DNA of 46,894 nt from a virus (Duplodnaviria; Caudoviricetes), in the IMG/VR virus record IMGVR_UViG_3300022909_001314, positions 1 to 46,894 of that record; one strand, written 5' to 3'. The notes below the pieces were generated by a model. It had not been told where the DNA came from, ran no database searches, and was given only the letters and a program-made list of their open reading frames with translations. The translations under genes and the position numbers were made by a program. Position 1 is the first letter of the stretch; every line of letters starts with the position of its first letter. Shown piece after piece: positions 36,701-46,894 of this stretch.

Positions 36701-38022
36701 GCTGCTGCAATTCCAAAAGAGTACATTCCTGGTCCGGTATAATTTGTACCAGTTCCTGCCTGAGTACCAGAAAGAAGCATATAGTATGAAGTATCTGCAG
36801 AATTATATCGAAATCCATGTACTCGTAAAGGATTATCGTTTGTAACCACATTTCCTTCGCTAGTCCAAGTAGACCCGTCATATGAGTGCATTGAAACTCC
36901 GCCATTTGTAGAATCACTATAAACTACATATAGTTTTGAGCCTACTGTCATACACTGAGCATCTGGCCTAGCACTAACATTTGATACTATAACTTCGCGA
37001 ACTAAGTCTCCTGCTTGAATCGCGTTACCACTAGGAAAAGACCAAACTTCTAAATCAAAATTCGAACTATTTGTTTGATTTGTAAGAAGTACGGGAAAAT
37101 AAACTGAGCTACCCAGTACATCTCCACAGCTTGCTTTTAAGGGCCAATATTCTTGATCTCCTCCTGTAGTATTTGGATAGCTAAAAGTTGGGTCAGCAAG
37201 ATCAAAAGTGCCTATACTAGTTTCTGCGCTGAAAGACCCTGAAGCTGACGTATAAGTTCGACTAAAAATTTCCCATTCAGTGCTGTCTGCAGCTATATAA
37301 AAGTAGTGATACTTATTACTTGTTCCGCGAATTAGACCCCCACTCATATAGTTTTTTGCAGCGGTAGAAGGAAGAGTTACGTCATTGTGAGAATTGTGTG
37401 CTCCTCCAATTGAAGGAGTATGTACACGGGCTAATCTACTTTGATAAGGAGTACCTCCACTTGATACTTTTAAACTAATTTGATATCCGTACTCTTTATC
37501 TTCTGGTACTAAATAACCTCCACCGGAAGTAGTTTCTCGCCCTTGCTCATATTCAGTGTAAAAAGACGGTAAATGTTTGTGATACTGGTAATAAGACCAC
37601 TCTCCCGAGCCTTCTTCAATGTAAAGACGATCCCAATAGAAAGCATCGTCACTAGCAGCATTTGCTCCCATATGGCCGAACATAATTGCGTCGTCTTCTA
37701 CAGTATTTGTAATATCGTTTGTTCCGGCTCCAACGTGCTCAATTGCTGAAGAATAATAAGTTACATCGGAACCTGCCCAATTTTCTACCAATAAAGGAAT
37801 AGTCCCATCCATTTCAAGACTTGAAGCAGAGTTTAATAAAGGTTCAGCATCTCCCCAATGATACAATACTACAGTGCCCCCTGTAGTGGTATTTCCGACA
37901 TTTGCAGGGGTATAAGTAAACCAATAGCCTTCTCTATCCACCATATTATTAATAGGCAGAGGCATATATACAGTAGAGCCTGTAACAGCTAACTCTTTTG
38001 TAATGTTTTCAAATGTTGCCAT
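33739..38022 (-). CDS. large beta-propeller-rich virion/adhesin protein
   Basis: 1427 aa; repeated blades (GIxVDxxDNIYVxG...VLKLDxDGxIxW; NLGGYDxF). Confidence 0.7.
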   Translation of the reverse strand: MATFENITKELAVTGSTVYMPLPINNMVDREGYWFTYTPANVGNTTTGGTVVLYHWGDAEPLLNSASSLEMDGTIPLLVENWAGSDVTYYSSAIEHVGAGTNDITNTVEDDAIMFGHMGANAASDDAFYWDRLYIEEGSGEWSYYQYHKHLPSFYTEYEQGRETTSGGGYLVPEDKEYGYQISLKVSSGGTPYQSRLARVHTPSIGGAHNSHNDVTLPSTAAKNYMSGGLIRGTSNKYHYFYIAADSTEWEIFSRTYTSASGSFSAETSIGTFDLADPTFSYPNTTGGDQEYWPLKASCGDVLGSSVYFPVLLTNQTNSSNFDLEVWSFPSGNAIQAGDLVREVIVSNVSARPDAQCMTVGSKLYVVYSDSTNGGVSMHSYDGSTWTSEGNVVTNDNPLRVHGFRYNSADTSYYMLLSGTQAGTGTNYTGPGMYSFGIAAAFAGYPHLDYDATNHGFTVKAAQATGHVDYDIDTGVFTKYTTAEPEGIASDKRVLEYAEASPDYYRVKEVDLGGEEYYEHVIELSNGVKCGVGQASGLDIPGTASTNILVSLFDFSDSGQDIHLIAGGLGADFTTGVVESSDGNVWFTGYTKSALVSKKDIKVHGFLRNIRDGSNVLDHRGIATDSDENYYVVGNHDDGYTYIVKYDKDFEEVWQKKFEAGTAAPVEGYGIHVDASDNIYVCGSYQSDSGFPTSPALNDTYTASSSTWTWDGTTWELTSGTGSADGFVLKLDTDGAITWANSYGQSGAQVIKGITTVVKSSTTYVVFGMNSGTSCSMIALNEDGTVYEVNNVSNLNINSVSYNEATDGRFCFAGTNGSSADRFGVAEVDGSSRMVQWLGNFGTGTTNAATDIKHLTDADVNGDDAEYVVIGTIDSNSYVMLLNVDESAGFVYNVQKTWARSLASCEFNALAVEDYTNPNWNSVTGTNKRIHIAGNTTADGRGSSAGLIVQYDNTGAIEWQNTLSFGGVEKLFAITDDATLDNFVVVGSKTSHSSATDAMLFRGWKHGLGLGNYHIDGNPTTAMWYEQSTLTDSANATSLSSISAPADSVGSYTPSSLGTTIANSAVTIENYDGSYGPNGTFQFWTGYIDLDDVQTYFNSASYRADVAAGKPYCYAPSLFNFYQVATGGDGSADDGNVFGYDIIEHSGGMMVPVGVTSGDINRVNTGASGVYDYIIFHVNKSTGNFMYFQNGSTSDEEIYAVTELADATIAIGGRSTGTLGDPTHTNLGGYDLFLGIHDMSTHTTEYYQAGSGFNDRIVGLHEIGGNKLAAVFSTSGAIGTNTNLGSEDIGVITFNYSTDVWGDDTNPEEAWQTGSGTSDIVTQNGHHSTILPDGRIAIVGHSAGFFADNSVTSGLLDSFIAILDRTTGTWSKYQTGTGSNDFTTSVSAVGNKLIIGGHTEAAIENGRHAVYWEFDAAFGINGKSSSV

Positions 38023-38025
38023 TTA

Positions 38026-38394
38026 TTAGGTTCCTGAAATGGGGATGCTTGGTCTAAAGTATAGATCAGTAGTATTTAAAGCAAATCCTATATAAAGAGA
38101 ACGGACACTTGCAGTTGGAGTAGGCGGAGATGCAGTAGGGCTACCATCACTTCCTAAAAAATAAGAAGCCCCTGAAGAAAGCCCGCTAAGCCCTGTTATA
38201 ACACCTTCTCCATAATATAGATCTCCCTGCTTGAATAGTACGGTATTCAACTGAGAAACAGAATTTGAAGAAGCCGCATTCGTGACAGTATTTGCTCCAC
38301 TAATACGAACAACTTTTCCATTAGTACCGCCACTCAGTCCTTCTACTGTAATTGCAGTATTTGTAACGACATTTGTTGATTTTACAAAAGACAT
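38026..38394 (-). CDS. small virion structural protein
   Basis: GLSGLxxGxxYFL...IGFAL pattern. Confidence 0.65.
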   Translation of the reverse strand: MSFVKSTNVVTNTAITVEGLSGGTNGKVVRISGANTVTNAASSNSVSQLNTVLFKQGDLYYGEGVITGLSGLSSGASYFLGSDGSPTASPPTPTASVRSLYIGFALNTTDLYFRPSIPISGT

Positions 38395-38395
38395 A

Positions 38396-39349
38396 TTATA
38401 CTCCTAATCGAACTATCTCTAGATAGGCCGTGTCTTGTATTTGGCCTACAGAGCCAGAATTTGATATAAGAACTTCTATGTAATCATTCGCAGTAAACGC
38501 ATATATTTTGTCTAAATAAAGAGTATCAGAAGGTCCTATAGTTGTTGTTTCTAAAGTAGTGCTTCCGTTCTTTCTGACTGTTACTGTATAGGTATTTTCT
38601 CCACCCTGCGAGTTGGTTGCAGCAAGAACTTTTACTTGATAATAGCCAGTTACTTTTGTAGTTAAGCGAGTTGGGGTTCCTCCCACATAGTATGTACTAC
38701 CTAATACATCTGCATTTTGGTCATAATCAGTATCATCCCACGGAATTGCAGTAGCAGTTGAAGTACAACTTTCAGCAGCAGTAAGTACAGCTTTTGCCCC
38801 ACTAAATGCACTCCAAGTAGAGATTCCGGTTCCTAAGTTAAGACCTACTTGCGCGATCTCAAAGAAAGAATTATCGCTTTCTATTGTTCCTACTGAAGTA
38901 CTCTCCGAAGCAAAAATTTCTACATAATCTCCAACTGCAAGTTGTATAATTTCATCATATACAATATACTGATTTGCGGCGGCTTGAGAAGATATGAGAG
39001 AAGAGCCGTTCTTATAAATTGCAAATGTATATGACTGGGAAGTACCAGAAGTCCCTGCTTGTAGTTGTGCATTGATTCGATAAAAACCATTCTCTGTAAT
39101 TGAAAAGCGAGTTGGCTGCCCAGAAGCCCAGAAAGAGCCTGTATCAAAATCTTCCGTAGCAAAAGATACTCCTGAAAGAGTGCTTCCCAAACTAAAGTCA
39201 GAGGATAAACGAACTCGAGCACCAACAAAAGCACGTTTTGTAGTCCGAGTAATTACATTCCACTTTTCGCCATCAAACTGCCATACCGCAGAGTTATCGT
39301 CTGTGTATGTATCATTTGTTGACGGGGAGGATGGAAAATTAAGTGCCAT
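38396..39349 (-). CDS. tandem C1q-like domain protein with FPxxP head
   Basis: Two internal repeats AFxGA...PTR...GxYxI/V...KNG...DYxE. Confidence 0.65.
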   Translation of the reverse strand: MALNFPSSPSTNDTYTDDNSAVWQFDGEKWNVITRTTKRAFVGARVRLSSDFSLGSTLSGVSFATEDFDTGSFWASGQPTRFSITENGFYRINAQLQAGTSGTSQSYTFAIYKNGSSLISSQAAANQYIVYDEIIQLAVGDYVEIFASESTSVGTIESDNSFFEIAQVGLNLGTGISTWSAFSGAKAVLTAAESCTSTATAIPWDDTDYDQNADVLGSTYYVGGTPTRLTTKVTGYYQVKVLAATNSQGGENTYTVTVRKNGSTTLETTTIGPSDTLYLDKIYAFTANDYIEVLISNSGSVGQIQDTAYLEIVRLGV

Positions 39350-39362
39350 ATTCTTGTTTCCT

Positions 39363-40091
39363 CTATGAGATTACAAATCTCTTTCTTTTAAAGTCTGGCG
39401 ATTCAATGTTAAATGGGGCAAAAGTATAGGATAAAGTAGCCTGATTCCCTGATAAAGAAGTCGCGCCATTCGCATAATATACTCTTGAAGAATTTCCGCC
39501 GTTCTCTCTATTAGTAATCTCCCACCAAACCTGAAGATAAAAGTGTTCTAGCTCTAAAAGTGTTCTATCTGTGTAAAAAGTAGTAGAGCAATTTTGAGCA
39601 GTTGAACCTATATTCGTCGCTTCACTACTTTGAACAGGTCCAGAAATTTGAGTTGTTAGTGCCGCATCCGAATACATAGGGATAGCTGTAGCAGAAAAAG
39701 TCCCACTTGAAGTTGCGGGACTTGGTACTTTGAATAAAAAGTACACGAACCTTCCTGCGGCGCTGCCGGTGCTATTCTGGGTTCTTATTTCTTGATTTAT
39801 TGTCCATTGCCCTGAAGGAAGATTTAAAGCATTAAAGACTGGTGTAATAAATCCCTGTGTTACTGAAACAATACCATTAGTCACTGTATAGTCAAAATCA
39901 CCATTTGTCGTAGTGGGTGTAGTACTTGTAAAAGAACCTGTGCCATTACGATCGCCATTGATTTGAGGACTGTATTGGCCCGCGTTTATTCTTCTCGTAT
40001 TCCATCCTGTGGGATTTTCACTACTATTTCCAGGAAATCCAGTTTGTAGCGCACCGCTATCATAAGCATCATAGAAAAGATAACTTGCCAT
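39363..40091 (-). CDS. putative virion structural protein
   Basis: 242-aa ORF in the tail operon. Confidence 0.6.
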   Translation of the reverse strand: MASYLFYDAYDSGALQTGFPGNSSENPTGWNTRRINAGQYSPQINGDRNGTGSFTSTTPTTTNGDFDYTVTNGIVSVTQGFITPVFNALNLPSGQWTINQEIRTQNSTGSAAGRFVYFLFKVPSPATSSGTFSATAIPMYSDAALTTQISGPVQSSEATNIGSTAQNCSTTFYTDRTLLELEHFYLQVWWEITNRENGGNSSRVYYANGATSLSGNQATLSYTFAPFNIESPDFKRKRFVIS

Positions 40092-40092
40092 A

Positions 40093-42255
40093 TTAACTAA
40101 TCTCTATACTAACGTGAAATTCTTCTACTGTACCACTAATCGCGGTCGTTTCTACCCAAACCCACGAATTGTCAGCAAGAGAAGAGGAAGCGATTGTTGC
40201 GTTTGTACCGCTGGAGGCGCTTGTTACAGTTGCACCACTTACTACTGCGGTTCCCGTAGCACTTCGATCTGTTCCCGTTCGTATTGTATAAGTAACGGAA
40301 GGGGAATTTCCACGAACTACTGCACGAACTTGCCCTACTGTATATGCTGCATTTGTATAAAAGAAAGTTACGTCTTCCGCAGAAGTAGGATCATAAATTG
40401 TAAGCCCGCGAGGTGCTGCACCTCCAGCGGGTCCAGTAGGTCCGGCAGATCCAGCAGGTCCGGCAGGTCCAGCAGGTCCAGCAGGTCCAGTTCCTCCAGC
40501 GGGTCCAGTAGGTCCAGTTCCACCAGCAGGTCCAGTAGGTCCAGCAACAGTAGAAGCAGGTCCAGTCGGTCCGGCAGGTCCAGCAGGTCCAGCAGGTCCA
40601 GCGGGTCCACCAGGTCCTTGGGGTCCAGCAGGTCCAGCGGGCCCAGTAGGTCCAGTTCCCCCAGCGGGTCCAGTAGGCCCAGTTCCTCCAGCGGGTCCAG
40701 TCGGTCCGTTTGCTCCAGCGGGTCCAGTCGGTCCAGCAACAGTTGAATCAGCACCAGTGGGCCCAGCAGGGCCAGCAGGTCCAGTAGGTCCGGCAACAGT
40801 GGAAGCGGCTCCTGTAGGTCCAGTTGGTCCAGCATCTCCTTGTGTACCAGTAGCGCCTGCTAAGTTTACAGTCCAAGAAGTAAAAGTTCCTGAACCTGAA
40901 GTAGTATCTACACTTACAACTAATGCTCCAGTACCAGAGTTATAGCTAGTAATAGTACCTTCCATATAATTTGAGGCACTATTTGCGATTCTTACAGTCT
41001 GTGACGCACTATATGCAAGGTCTGTTCCAACGGTAAGAGATTTTGAGCCAGTACCAATAGCTAAAGAAGTACTAGAAGTTGTTTTATATGTATCGCCGTC
41101 TGCTCCGGCGGCTCCAGTTGGTCCGGCAGGTCCGGCAGGTCCAGTAGGCCCAGTAGAGCCTTGAGGACCAGTAGGCCCAGCAACAGTTGAATCCGCTCCA
41201 GTGGGTCCAGCAGGTCCAGCAGGTCCAGTAGGTCCGGCAACAGTCGAAGCGGCTCCTGTAGGTCCAGTAGCTCCTGTAGGTCCAGTAGCTCCGCCTGGTC
41301 CTTGAGGTCCGGCAGGTCCAGTTGGCCCAGTTCCTCCCGCAGGTCCAGTTGGCCCTGCTACTGTTGAATCAGCCCCCGTAGGTCCAGTTGGCCCAGTAGA
41401 GCCTTGAGGCCCCGTTGGCCCAGTAGAGCCTTGAGGGCCCGTCGGCCCAGTAGAGCCTTGAGGACCAGTTGATCCAGTAGGTCCAGTTGATCCAGTAGGG
41501 CCAGTAGCGCCTCCGGCTCCTGTTGGTCCCTGTGGTCCAGTTGGCCCTGTACTTCCTGTAGAACCAGTTGGCCCAGTAGCTCCCGGATCTCCTGTTGCTC
41601 CTGTTGGTCCAGCAGGTCCAGTTGGTCCCGCTACTGTTGAAGCAGCTCCAGTAGGTCCGGTTGGTCCGGTTAAGCCATCATCTCCTTGAGGCCCAGTAGG
41701 GCCAGCAGCTCCAGTTGGTCCAAGTGCTGCAGTATTCGCGTCTACCCACTGACTTGTATTGCCATCATTGTAGTAGATTTTTAATGCACCTTCTTCTTCG
41801 TGCCACCACAAGTCACCATCACTAGGACTAGCGGGCGCAGAGGTAGAGGTTGTTACGTTTGCTCCACCCCCGCCTCCAGACGGTCCTGCAGGACCAGTAG
41901 GACCAGTAGCTCCTTGAGGTCCAGTAGGTCCGGTAGATCCTTGTGGTCCAGTAGGGCCATTTTCTCCATCTGTTATTGTAGGATCAGAGAAAAGTATCCA
42001 CTGAGAAGAAGTACCGTCGTTATAATAAATATAGCCTTTACCAGTATCGGTATCGAGCCATAAAGTGCCGTCCTCTACTCCCGAAGGCGCAGAAGTGCCC
42101 GATTCAACTATGATAGTTGCACTTATTTGCTTGATTGTACCATTATCATTTATATAAAGTTTTTGTGCGGAAGTATCAATAGCTACTTCCCCACTTACAA
42201 GGTTACTTGTAGTGGGGGTAGTAGTTCCGCGCTTTAACTTTATTGTTTGTGCCAT
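40093..42255 (-). CDS. collagen-like tail fibre
   Basis: Three GPT/GPA triplet blocks; IKLKRG...GEVA head; two APxxxxxGxLW modules. Confidence 0.88.
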   Translation of the reverse strand: MAQTIKLKRGTTTPTTSNLVSGEVAIDTSAQKLYINDNGTIKQISATIIVESGTSAPSGVEDGTLWLDTDTGKGYIYYNDGTSSQWILFSDPTITDGENGPTGPQGSTGPTGPQGATGPTGPAGPSGGGGGANVTTSTSAPASPSDGDLWWHEEEGALKIYYNDGNTSQWVDANTAALGPTGAAGPTGPQGDDGLTGPTGPTGAASTVAGPTGPAGPTGATGDPGATGPTGSTGSTGPTGPQGPTGAGGATGPTGSTGPTGSTGPQGSTGPTGPQGSTGPTGPQGSTGPTGPTGADSTVAGPTGPAGGTGPTGPAGPQGPGGATGPTGATGPTGAASTVAGPTGPAGPAGPTGADSTVAGPTGPQGSTGPTGPAGPAGPTGAAGADGDTYKTTSSTSLAIGTGSKSLTVGTDLAYSASQTVRIANSASNYMEGTITSYNSGTGALVVSVDTTSGSGTFTSWTVNLAGATGTQGDAGPTGPTGAASTVAGPTGPAGPAGPTGADSTVAGPTGPAGANGPTGPAGGTGPTGPAGGTGPTGPAGPAGPQGPGGPAGPAGPAGPAGPTGPASTVAGPTGPAGGTGPTGPAGGTGPAGPAGPAGPAGSAGPTGPAGGAAPRGLTIYDPTSAEDVTFFYTNAAYTVGQVRAVVRGNSPSVTYTIRTGTDRSATGTAVVSGATVTSASSGTNATIASSSLADNSWVWVETTAISGTVEEFHVSIEIS
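40420..41960 (-). repeat. Gly-X-Y coding repeats (9/18/27-nt periodicity)
   Basis: ggtccagcaggtccagta-type units; 27-nt unit three times at about 41390-41465. Confidence 0.9.
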
Positions 42256-42257
42256 TT

Positions 42258-44087
42258 TTAGTAAGTTCCGCCGTCAATTGTTGCTACTTCGAGATCAAAC
42301 GAGATTGCTCCGGTCGATCCCGTGCCTGTGCCTGAAATACTACCATCAGTTGACGAGACCTGTACAGAGGTTATATCGCCAACATTAGTGGTGTAGCCAT
42401 AAGATAAAATACGATCATCTATAGCCGCCGCCGTCATCAAGGTGGTGTCATTATCTGCAAATCCAGGAGAAGATAATTCCGTGCTAGTTTGAATTGCAGC
42501 ACCATTTATCATTGCAAAATCAACTGCACCCGCTCCGATTGTGGTGGACAGTTGTACGTTACCAGTACCGTCGAAGGATACAGCAGAAGCAGTTACATCT
42601 CCGGTAAGAGAAAAATCTCTTCCAGTTGCAAGAGCCGTAGCAGTTGCAGCATTTCCGCTAGTATTTTGATTACCTGCAGTGTTAACACCAGGAAGGTTAA
42701 TAGATGCACTGCCATCAAAAGATACGCCACCAATGTTAACAGCAGATGCAAGAGCACTTGCGGTAGTTGCATTTCCTTCAAGGTCTGCAACCAAAGTACC
42801 TGTGGTAATTGTAAGGTTACCTGTAGACGCGCCTGTTGCAGTAGTTGTACCTAAAGTAAATTTATCTGCAGATTCATCCCAACCAAAGAAAGCATTATCT
42901 CCAGTGCTCCCGCGTTCAATAATAATACCTGCATCATTTGCTGCTGTTGTAGTACCGTTTCCAAGCTCAAGAAGAGTGTCAGAAACTACAGTATTTGTTG
43001 TAGATACAGTAGTAGTTGTACCATTTACTGTAAGATCTCCAGTAACTACAAGACCTCCAGAAGTGGTTACAGTTACATCCGTAGCATCACCAATAGTTAC
43101 ACTTTCTGTAATTTGTGGTAGACGCGCAGTAAGATTAGCTACGTTTACATCATTATCTGTTACAGAAATTGTAGACCAAGTAAAGGTGCCGTCGCCATCA
43201 GAAACAAGTGCTTGTCCAGAAGTACCGTTTCCACTTACATTTAACTCTGCAGCACCTACTGAATTATCAGCAATCGTTGCTGCATTTACCTCATTCAGGG
43301 TAGCAAGAGTTCCTAAGCCAGAAACGCTTGCATTGGGAAGAGAGCCAGTTACATCGGTACTTAAATCAATAGCATTACGAGTAATAACTTGACCACTAAT
43401 AGTAATATAATCAAGACTGCCTGCAAGAGTTACATTCGTAGAATTGTCAGTTCCTGCAGCGTCTACTCCTAACGCAGTTCTAGCAGCTGATGCAGTAGTA
43501 GCTCCGGTACCACCGCTAGAGATTGGTAGAGTATCAGTTACATCATCTACAAGACTAACTGCTCCAAGAGTAATAGCTTGACCTGCAATGCTTAAATAAT
43601 TGTGCGAAGTAGTTACAAGAGTTACGTTTGTAGAGTTGTCAGTACCTGCTGCGTCTACGCCTAATGCAGTACGTGCACCAGACGCAGTAGTAGCTCCTGT
43701 ACCACCATTGGCAATAGGAAGAGTTCCAGAAACATCTGCAGCAAGGTCAATTGCATTCAACGTTATTTCTTGACCACTCAGAGTTAAATAGTCAGGAGTG
43801 CCTGCTAATGTAACATCAGTAGAGTTGTCAGTTCCTGCTGCATCGATATCAACACCGACTTCTAAGTCAAGAAGCTGCTGAATTTCGGTAGCAGTAATGC
43901 CTGTATTAAGAGAGGCAGTGCCTGCATTATTTATTATCGCAGCACTAATAGCAATAGGAGTGTTTGCCGCAGCAGGGTCTCCAACGTAAAAAGTGCCCGA
44001 ACCTTTTGAAAATGCTAATTCTCCGGAAGCAAGTGTAGAGGGAGCTGCACTGCCAGTGGAGCGTTTAATTTTTATGGTTTGTGCCAT
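42258..44087 (-). CDS. tail fibre protein
   Basis: IKIKRS...GELA head; three [13 protein letters not shown] repeats; [14 protein letters not shown]; GNAxTAxAL. Confidence 0.82.
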   Translation of the reverse strand: MAQTIKIKRSTGSAAPSTLASGELAFSKGSGTFYVGDPAAANTPIAISAAIINNAGTASLNTGITATEIQQLLDLEVGVDIDAAGTDNSTDVTLAGTPDYLTLSGQEITLNAIDLAADVSGTLPIANGGTGATTASGARTALGVDAAGTDNSTNVTLVTTSHNYLSIAGQAITLGAVSLVDDVTDTLPISSGGTGATTASAARTALGVDAAGTDNSTNVTLAGSLDYITISGQVITRNAIDLSTDVTGSLPNASVSGLGTLATLNEVNAATIADNSVGAAELNVSGNGTSGQALVSDGDGTFTWSTISVTDNDVNVANLTARLPQITESVTIGDATDVTVTTSGGLVVTGDLTVNGTTTTVSTTNTVVSDTLLELGNGTTTAANDAGIIIERGSTGDNAFFGWDESADKFTLGTTTATGASTGNLTITTGTLVADLEGNATTASALASAVNIGGVSFDGSASINLPGVNTAGNQNTSGNAATATALATGRDFSLTGDVTASAVSFDGTGNVQLSTTIGAGAVDFAMINGAAIQTSTELSSPGFADNDTTLMTAAAIDDRILSYGYTTNVGDITSVQVSSTDGSISGTGTGSTGAISFDLEVATIDGGTY

Positions 44088-44105
44088 AATATAGTTCCCG
44101 TGGCT

Positions 44106-44465
44106 TTAATAAAGCCCCCCGTCTAATGAATCGGAATCTGCTGTTCCGATTACAATAGGTACCCAGTTAAATACTCCTGAAGAAACCTCTCTATAGACGT
44201 ATAAGTTTTCTGTATCTGTTTCGTACCAAATGTCTCCTTCATTTATATAAACTCCTGTAGGAGCAGAAGCTGAAGAGAATTGTTGATTTGCAAGTTCATT
44301 AATTGCATCTTCTAAATTAGTAGCAGTAATACTCCCTGTAGGAGTTATAGCAATATTTTGAGCAGTTACTGATTGAAGCGGAACGGAAGTAGCAACCTGA
44401 ACAATAGTAGAGGCTGCTGAAACTGCAACTTCAGTAGTAGAAGAGGAAATTGTTATGTCTATCAT
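44106..44465 (-). CDS. tail adaptor protein
   Basis: ATNLEDAINEL, APT...EGDIWY, DGGxY end shared with the next gene. Confidence 0.65.
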   Translation of the reverse strand: MIDITISSSTTEVAVSAASTIVQVATSVPLQSVTAQNIAITPTGSITATNLEDAINELANQQFSSASAPTGVYINEGDIWYETDTENLYVYREVSSGVFNWVPIVIGTADSDSLDGGLY

Positions 44466-44800
44466 CTAGTTACTTCTCTGTCTATCGTGACCTCCCCCTC
44501 TAAAAGACGTTTAACAATTGCATCCCCTGCAGTGTAAATTTCTAAGTCATAAAAATATCTACCTGCAGCCAGAGAAGACGATGCTGTATTTGAAAGGCTC
44601 ATTTTTATTACTCCACCTTCTGCATTGGTTACAGTGCAAGTAAAGGAGGCTGCAGGCGAAGCATCAGATTTTTTTGCGCGCATTTGAGCACGAGCAGAAT
44701 AGCCCGTAAGGTCTGTAGCTACTCCACCTTCCGTGAGCGTTAAATCTATATCAAAATCAGACCCTTGGTCTATCTCAATGTTGTATCTACCAGCAGCCAT
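44462..44800 (-). CDS. Ig-like fibre collar/adaptor protein (BppU-N/p132-like)
   Basis: IDQGSDF...DLTGYSARAQMR...GRYFYDLE...RLLEG. Confidence 0.7.
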   Translation of the reverse strand: MAAGRYNIEIDQGSDFDIDLTLTEGGVATDLTGYSARAQMRAKKSDASPAASFTCTVTNAEGGVIKMSLSNTASSSLAAGRYFYDLEIYTAGDAIVKRLLEGEVTIDREVTR

Positions 44801-44822
44801 TTAAATTTCCTCCATTGTTCAA

Positions 44823-44851
44823 ATTATAGCAGCGGGGAGGTGCTATGTCAA
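44823..44851 (-). promoter_or_regulatory. sigma70-type promoter for the fibre operon
   Basis: - strand TTGACA-N17-TATAAT, GGAGG SD downstream. Confidence 0.85.
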
Positions 44852-44873
44852 GTATTATTTTTCGGGGGTGTTG

Positions 44874-46894
44874 TTATGTAGTAGTATTATCTAATCTTCC
44901 TAAATGTACTCTTAAAGTTGTGCCTTCGAAAATTTTAAGAGAATCGTCTAAAAGAAGCATACGAGAGTCTGTAAGCCCTGTTTCACCAATTTGCATAGCA
45001 GAAGCAGTTATACTTCCAGTAGTAATATTTCCCCCGTCTATAGAGGTCGTTGAGCTTCCCGGAACATTTAATGCTGTAGTCCCACTGCTAAAAGTTCCAT
45101 TACTAAAGGTAACAACTCCGTCAAAGTTTGTGTATTGAACTACATTACTATATTGTACAGATATTGTAGTATCACCTGCAGTGGCTTCTGTTCCATAGTA
45201 ACGAACAGTCCAATGAGTATTTGAAGAGGTAGGATCTTGAGTTGTTGGACTGTTTCTCCAAACATTCGTAGTTCCTGCATCATTTATGCCTGTTCCAGAT
45301 ACTAAACCCGTAGAAAAAGTATAAGTATTTCCAGAAGGTGCGCTAGGAGCGTTTGCTGTAGTTTTTTCGTAATACAAATACCCTTGTATAGTTCTTTTTC
45401 CAGTCGCGCCTGCTCCTCCAGTAGGCCCAGTAGGTCCTACTACTGTTTCTCCATCTACTCCTGCCTTTGCTAAACTAAAAGTTTGTATTGCTTGAGCTGT
45501 TAAATCGGCCTTGCCAGATCCTTGAGGAACCGTAATATTATAAGTAATTGCTTCTTGATCGTCAAGTGCATTTACTGAACTAAAAGTATGATCGGGCACA
45601 CTCGCCACTACTGGGCCTGTTCCTGATGTAGTAGGGGTTCCAGGAGTAATATCGGTGCCGCCAGTATCAGTTATACTTGAAATTGTCCACTGGCCTAAAC
45701 TCGGACTTGATGTAACATAATCTATGCCTACACCACCTACGAATACTTCAATATCAGTACCAGAATCCGTGTTACTAGATACGACTCCTGTATCATCAGC
45801 AGTAAGAGAGTGAGTAGGATTTGATAGTATTATTGCTAAGCCGCCTTGACCTATTTGAACAGCAAGTAAACTAACACTATCACTGGCTTCTATTGCAGTA
45901 GGATCATTTACTCCTTGGCTCCAAGAAGTAGGCTCTTCAGCAACTTCCACGCTAAATACACGAGTACCTCCAGTGCCCGAACCCCACGTAGAAATATTAG
46001 TAGGAACAGTATACGTTTCCGTAGAAGTATTAGTTGCGGAAGAAACCCAGCTGCCCTGAGTACCATCTATTGTAAATCTAAATAAAGGATTCGCAAAGCC
46101 TGGAGAAGCTGTAGCAGTAATTGTAATATCACCTGCGTTTCCGGTTGTACTATTAAAGGAAGGGTTTTCTCCATCAGCATCGTATACAATACTATAGTCT
46201 TCCAGTTCAAGGGTTACAATTTTTGCTCCAGAGCCCGCAGCTACATTATCTACTTTAACTATATCAAAAGTATCTGTTCTTTGTTTATCAGTATTCCCAG
46301 GGTCATTTGCCTCTCTTACTGTTACTGTTATTTCGTACGCCGCTCCTGCACCATATGATAGGTCATTAGAGCCTGTATTTGTATATATAGTTTTTTCGTA
46401 TTTAAAAGGGTTAGGAGACGCTGTAGAAAAATCTGTATCTTCTGCTGTAAAGTTAGCATCCCCAGTTCCTCCGTATGTAATCTTAAACTCAGGATTTTCA
46501 AAACCTGTAGCAGTAGCATCAACAATAATATTATCGGGAAGAAGAATAGGATTATTGCTTAGGTCAAACTGAGCATAAGCAACATTTGAGTCAAGAAAGA
46601 CTGAGCGAGCGGCTGTAAGATTTGGGTCTAAGGTTAAAAAGTTTTTAAATCTATAGTTACCGTTTGTAGTATTGTATAGTACTTGTCCGATTATAACATC
46701 TCTACGAAAATCTGGAGCATATTCTTGTACTCGTACAGTACCACTAAACTGAGTGTCCTGATCAAGTTTGCGATTTAAATAAAGAACAGTATCACTCTCT
46801 ACATATGCAACTCTTGCAGCTTCATAAAAAGTATAGGGCGTAATACTAGCTCCAGAAACATATGTGCCGGGGTCTGTTCCTATAGAGTAAGTAA
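44874..46894 (-). CDS. tail-tip/host-specificity (gpJ-like) protein, 5' part outside the window
   Basis: Frame hand-checked open from 46892 to 44874; ends IDGGNITTGSITA...LRVHLGRL. Confidence 0.78.
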   Translation of the reverse strand, partial: TYSIGTDPGTYVSGASITPYTFYEAARVAYVESDTVLYLNRKLDQDTQFSGTVRVQEYAPDFRRDVIIGQVLYNTTNGNYRFKNFLTLDPNLTAARSVFLDSNVAYAQFDLSNNPILLPDNIIVDATATGFENPEFKITYGGTGDANFTAEDTDFSTASPNPFKYEKTIYTNTGSNDLSYGAGAAYEITVTVREANDPGNTDKQRTDTFDIVKVDNVAAGSGAKIVTLELEDYSIVYDADGENPSFNSTTGNAGDITITATASPGFANPLFRFTIDGTQGSWVSSATNTSTETYTVPTNISTWGSGTGGTRVFSVEVAEEPTSWSQGVNDPTAIEASDSVSLLAVQIGQGGLAIILSNPTHSLTADDTGVVSSNTDSGTDIEVFVGGVGIDYVTSSPSLGQWTISSITDTGGTDITPGTPTTSGTGPVVASVPDHTFSSVNALDDQEAITYNITVPQGSGKADLTAQAIQTFSLAKAGVDGETVVGPTGPTGGAGATGKRTIQGYLYYEKTTANAPSAPSGNTYTFSTGLVSGTGINDAGTTNVWRNSPTTQDPTSSNTHWTVRYYGTEATAGDTTISVQYSNVVQYTNFDGVVTFSNGTFSSGTTALNVPGSSTTSIDGGNITTGSITASAMQIGETGLTDSRMLLLDDSLKIFEGTTLRVHLGRLDNTTT

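Noticed and set aside
40420-41960. Possible CRISPR array or diversity-generating retroelement repeats
   Set aside because: The repeats are in-frame Gly-X-Y coding units with no unique spacers, reverse transcriptase or adenine-specific variation seen.
40114-43392. Long antisense or alternative-frame ORFs (40114-40746, 40368-40835, 42679-43392 and others)
   Set aside because: These are shadows of low-complexity collagen and Thr/Ala-rich codons.
45950-46894. Apparent non-coding 0.9 kb at the window end and the 46328-46525 ORF
   Set aside because: Manual translation shows the 44874 frame is open to the window edge.

Overview
An AT-rich fragment of a T5-like (Demerecviridae-related) tailed phage, probably aquatic. 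Positions 1-7.7 kb are an accessory region: peroxiredoxin, MazG/DR2231-like NTP pyrophosphohydrolase, ribosomal protein bS21, a circularly permuted two-piece tmRNA, a secreted zinc metalloprotease, lysozyme, a DenV-like glycosylase and PsiE. Positions 7.7-30.2 kb are the + strand T5-type replication module: D2, D3, PC4-like protein, split NAD ligase, D5, DnaB-like helicase, primase, PolA-family polymerase, PhoH, D10-D15, NrdAB and a 2OG-Fe(II) oxygenase, with a KpsS-like glycosyltransferase plus methyltransferase inserted in it. Positions 30.3-46.9 kb are a convergent - strand module of modular tail-fibre/adhesin genes (collagen, C1q-like, LamG, beta-propeller) that runs off the window inside a gpJ-like tail-tip gene. 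The standout is a divergently promoted translation island pairing bS21 with an alphaproteobacterial-type permuted tmRNA (tag ANDDIYTTAIAA). Other notable signals are a strand-biased GCGGGGTC octamer, a repeated double-hairpin leader, a 74-bp duplication flanking an inserted gene, and a stranded collagen relic. All calls come from motif recognition by eye; no database searches were run.
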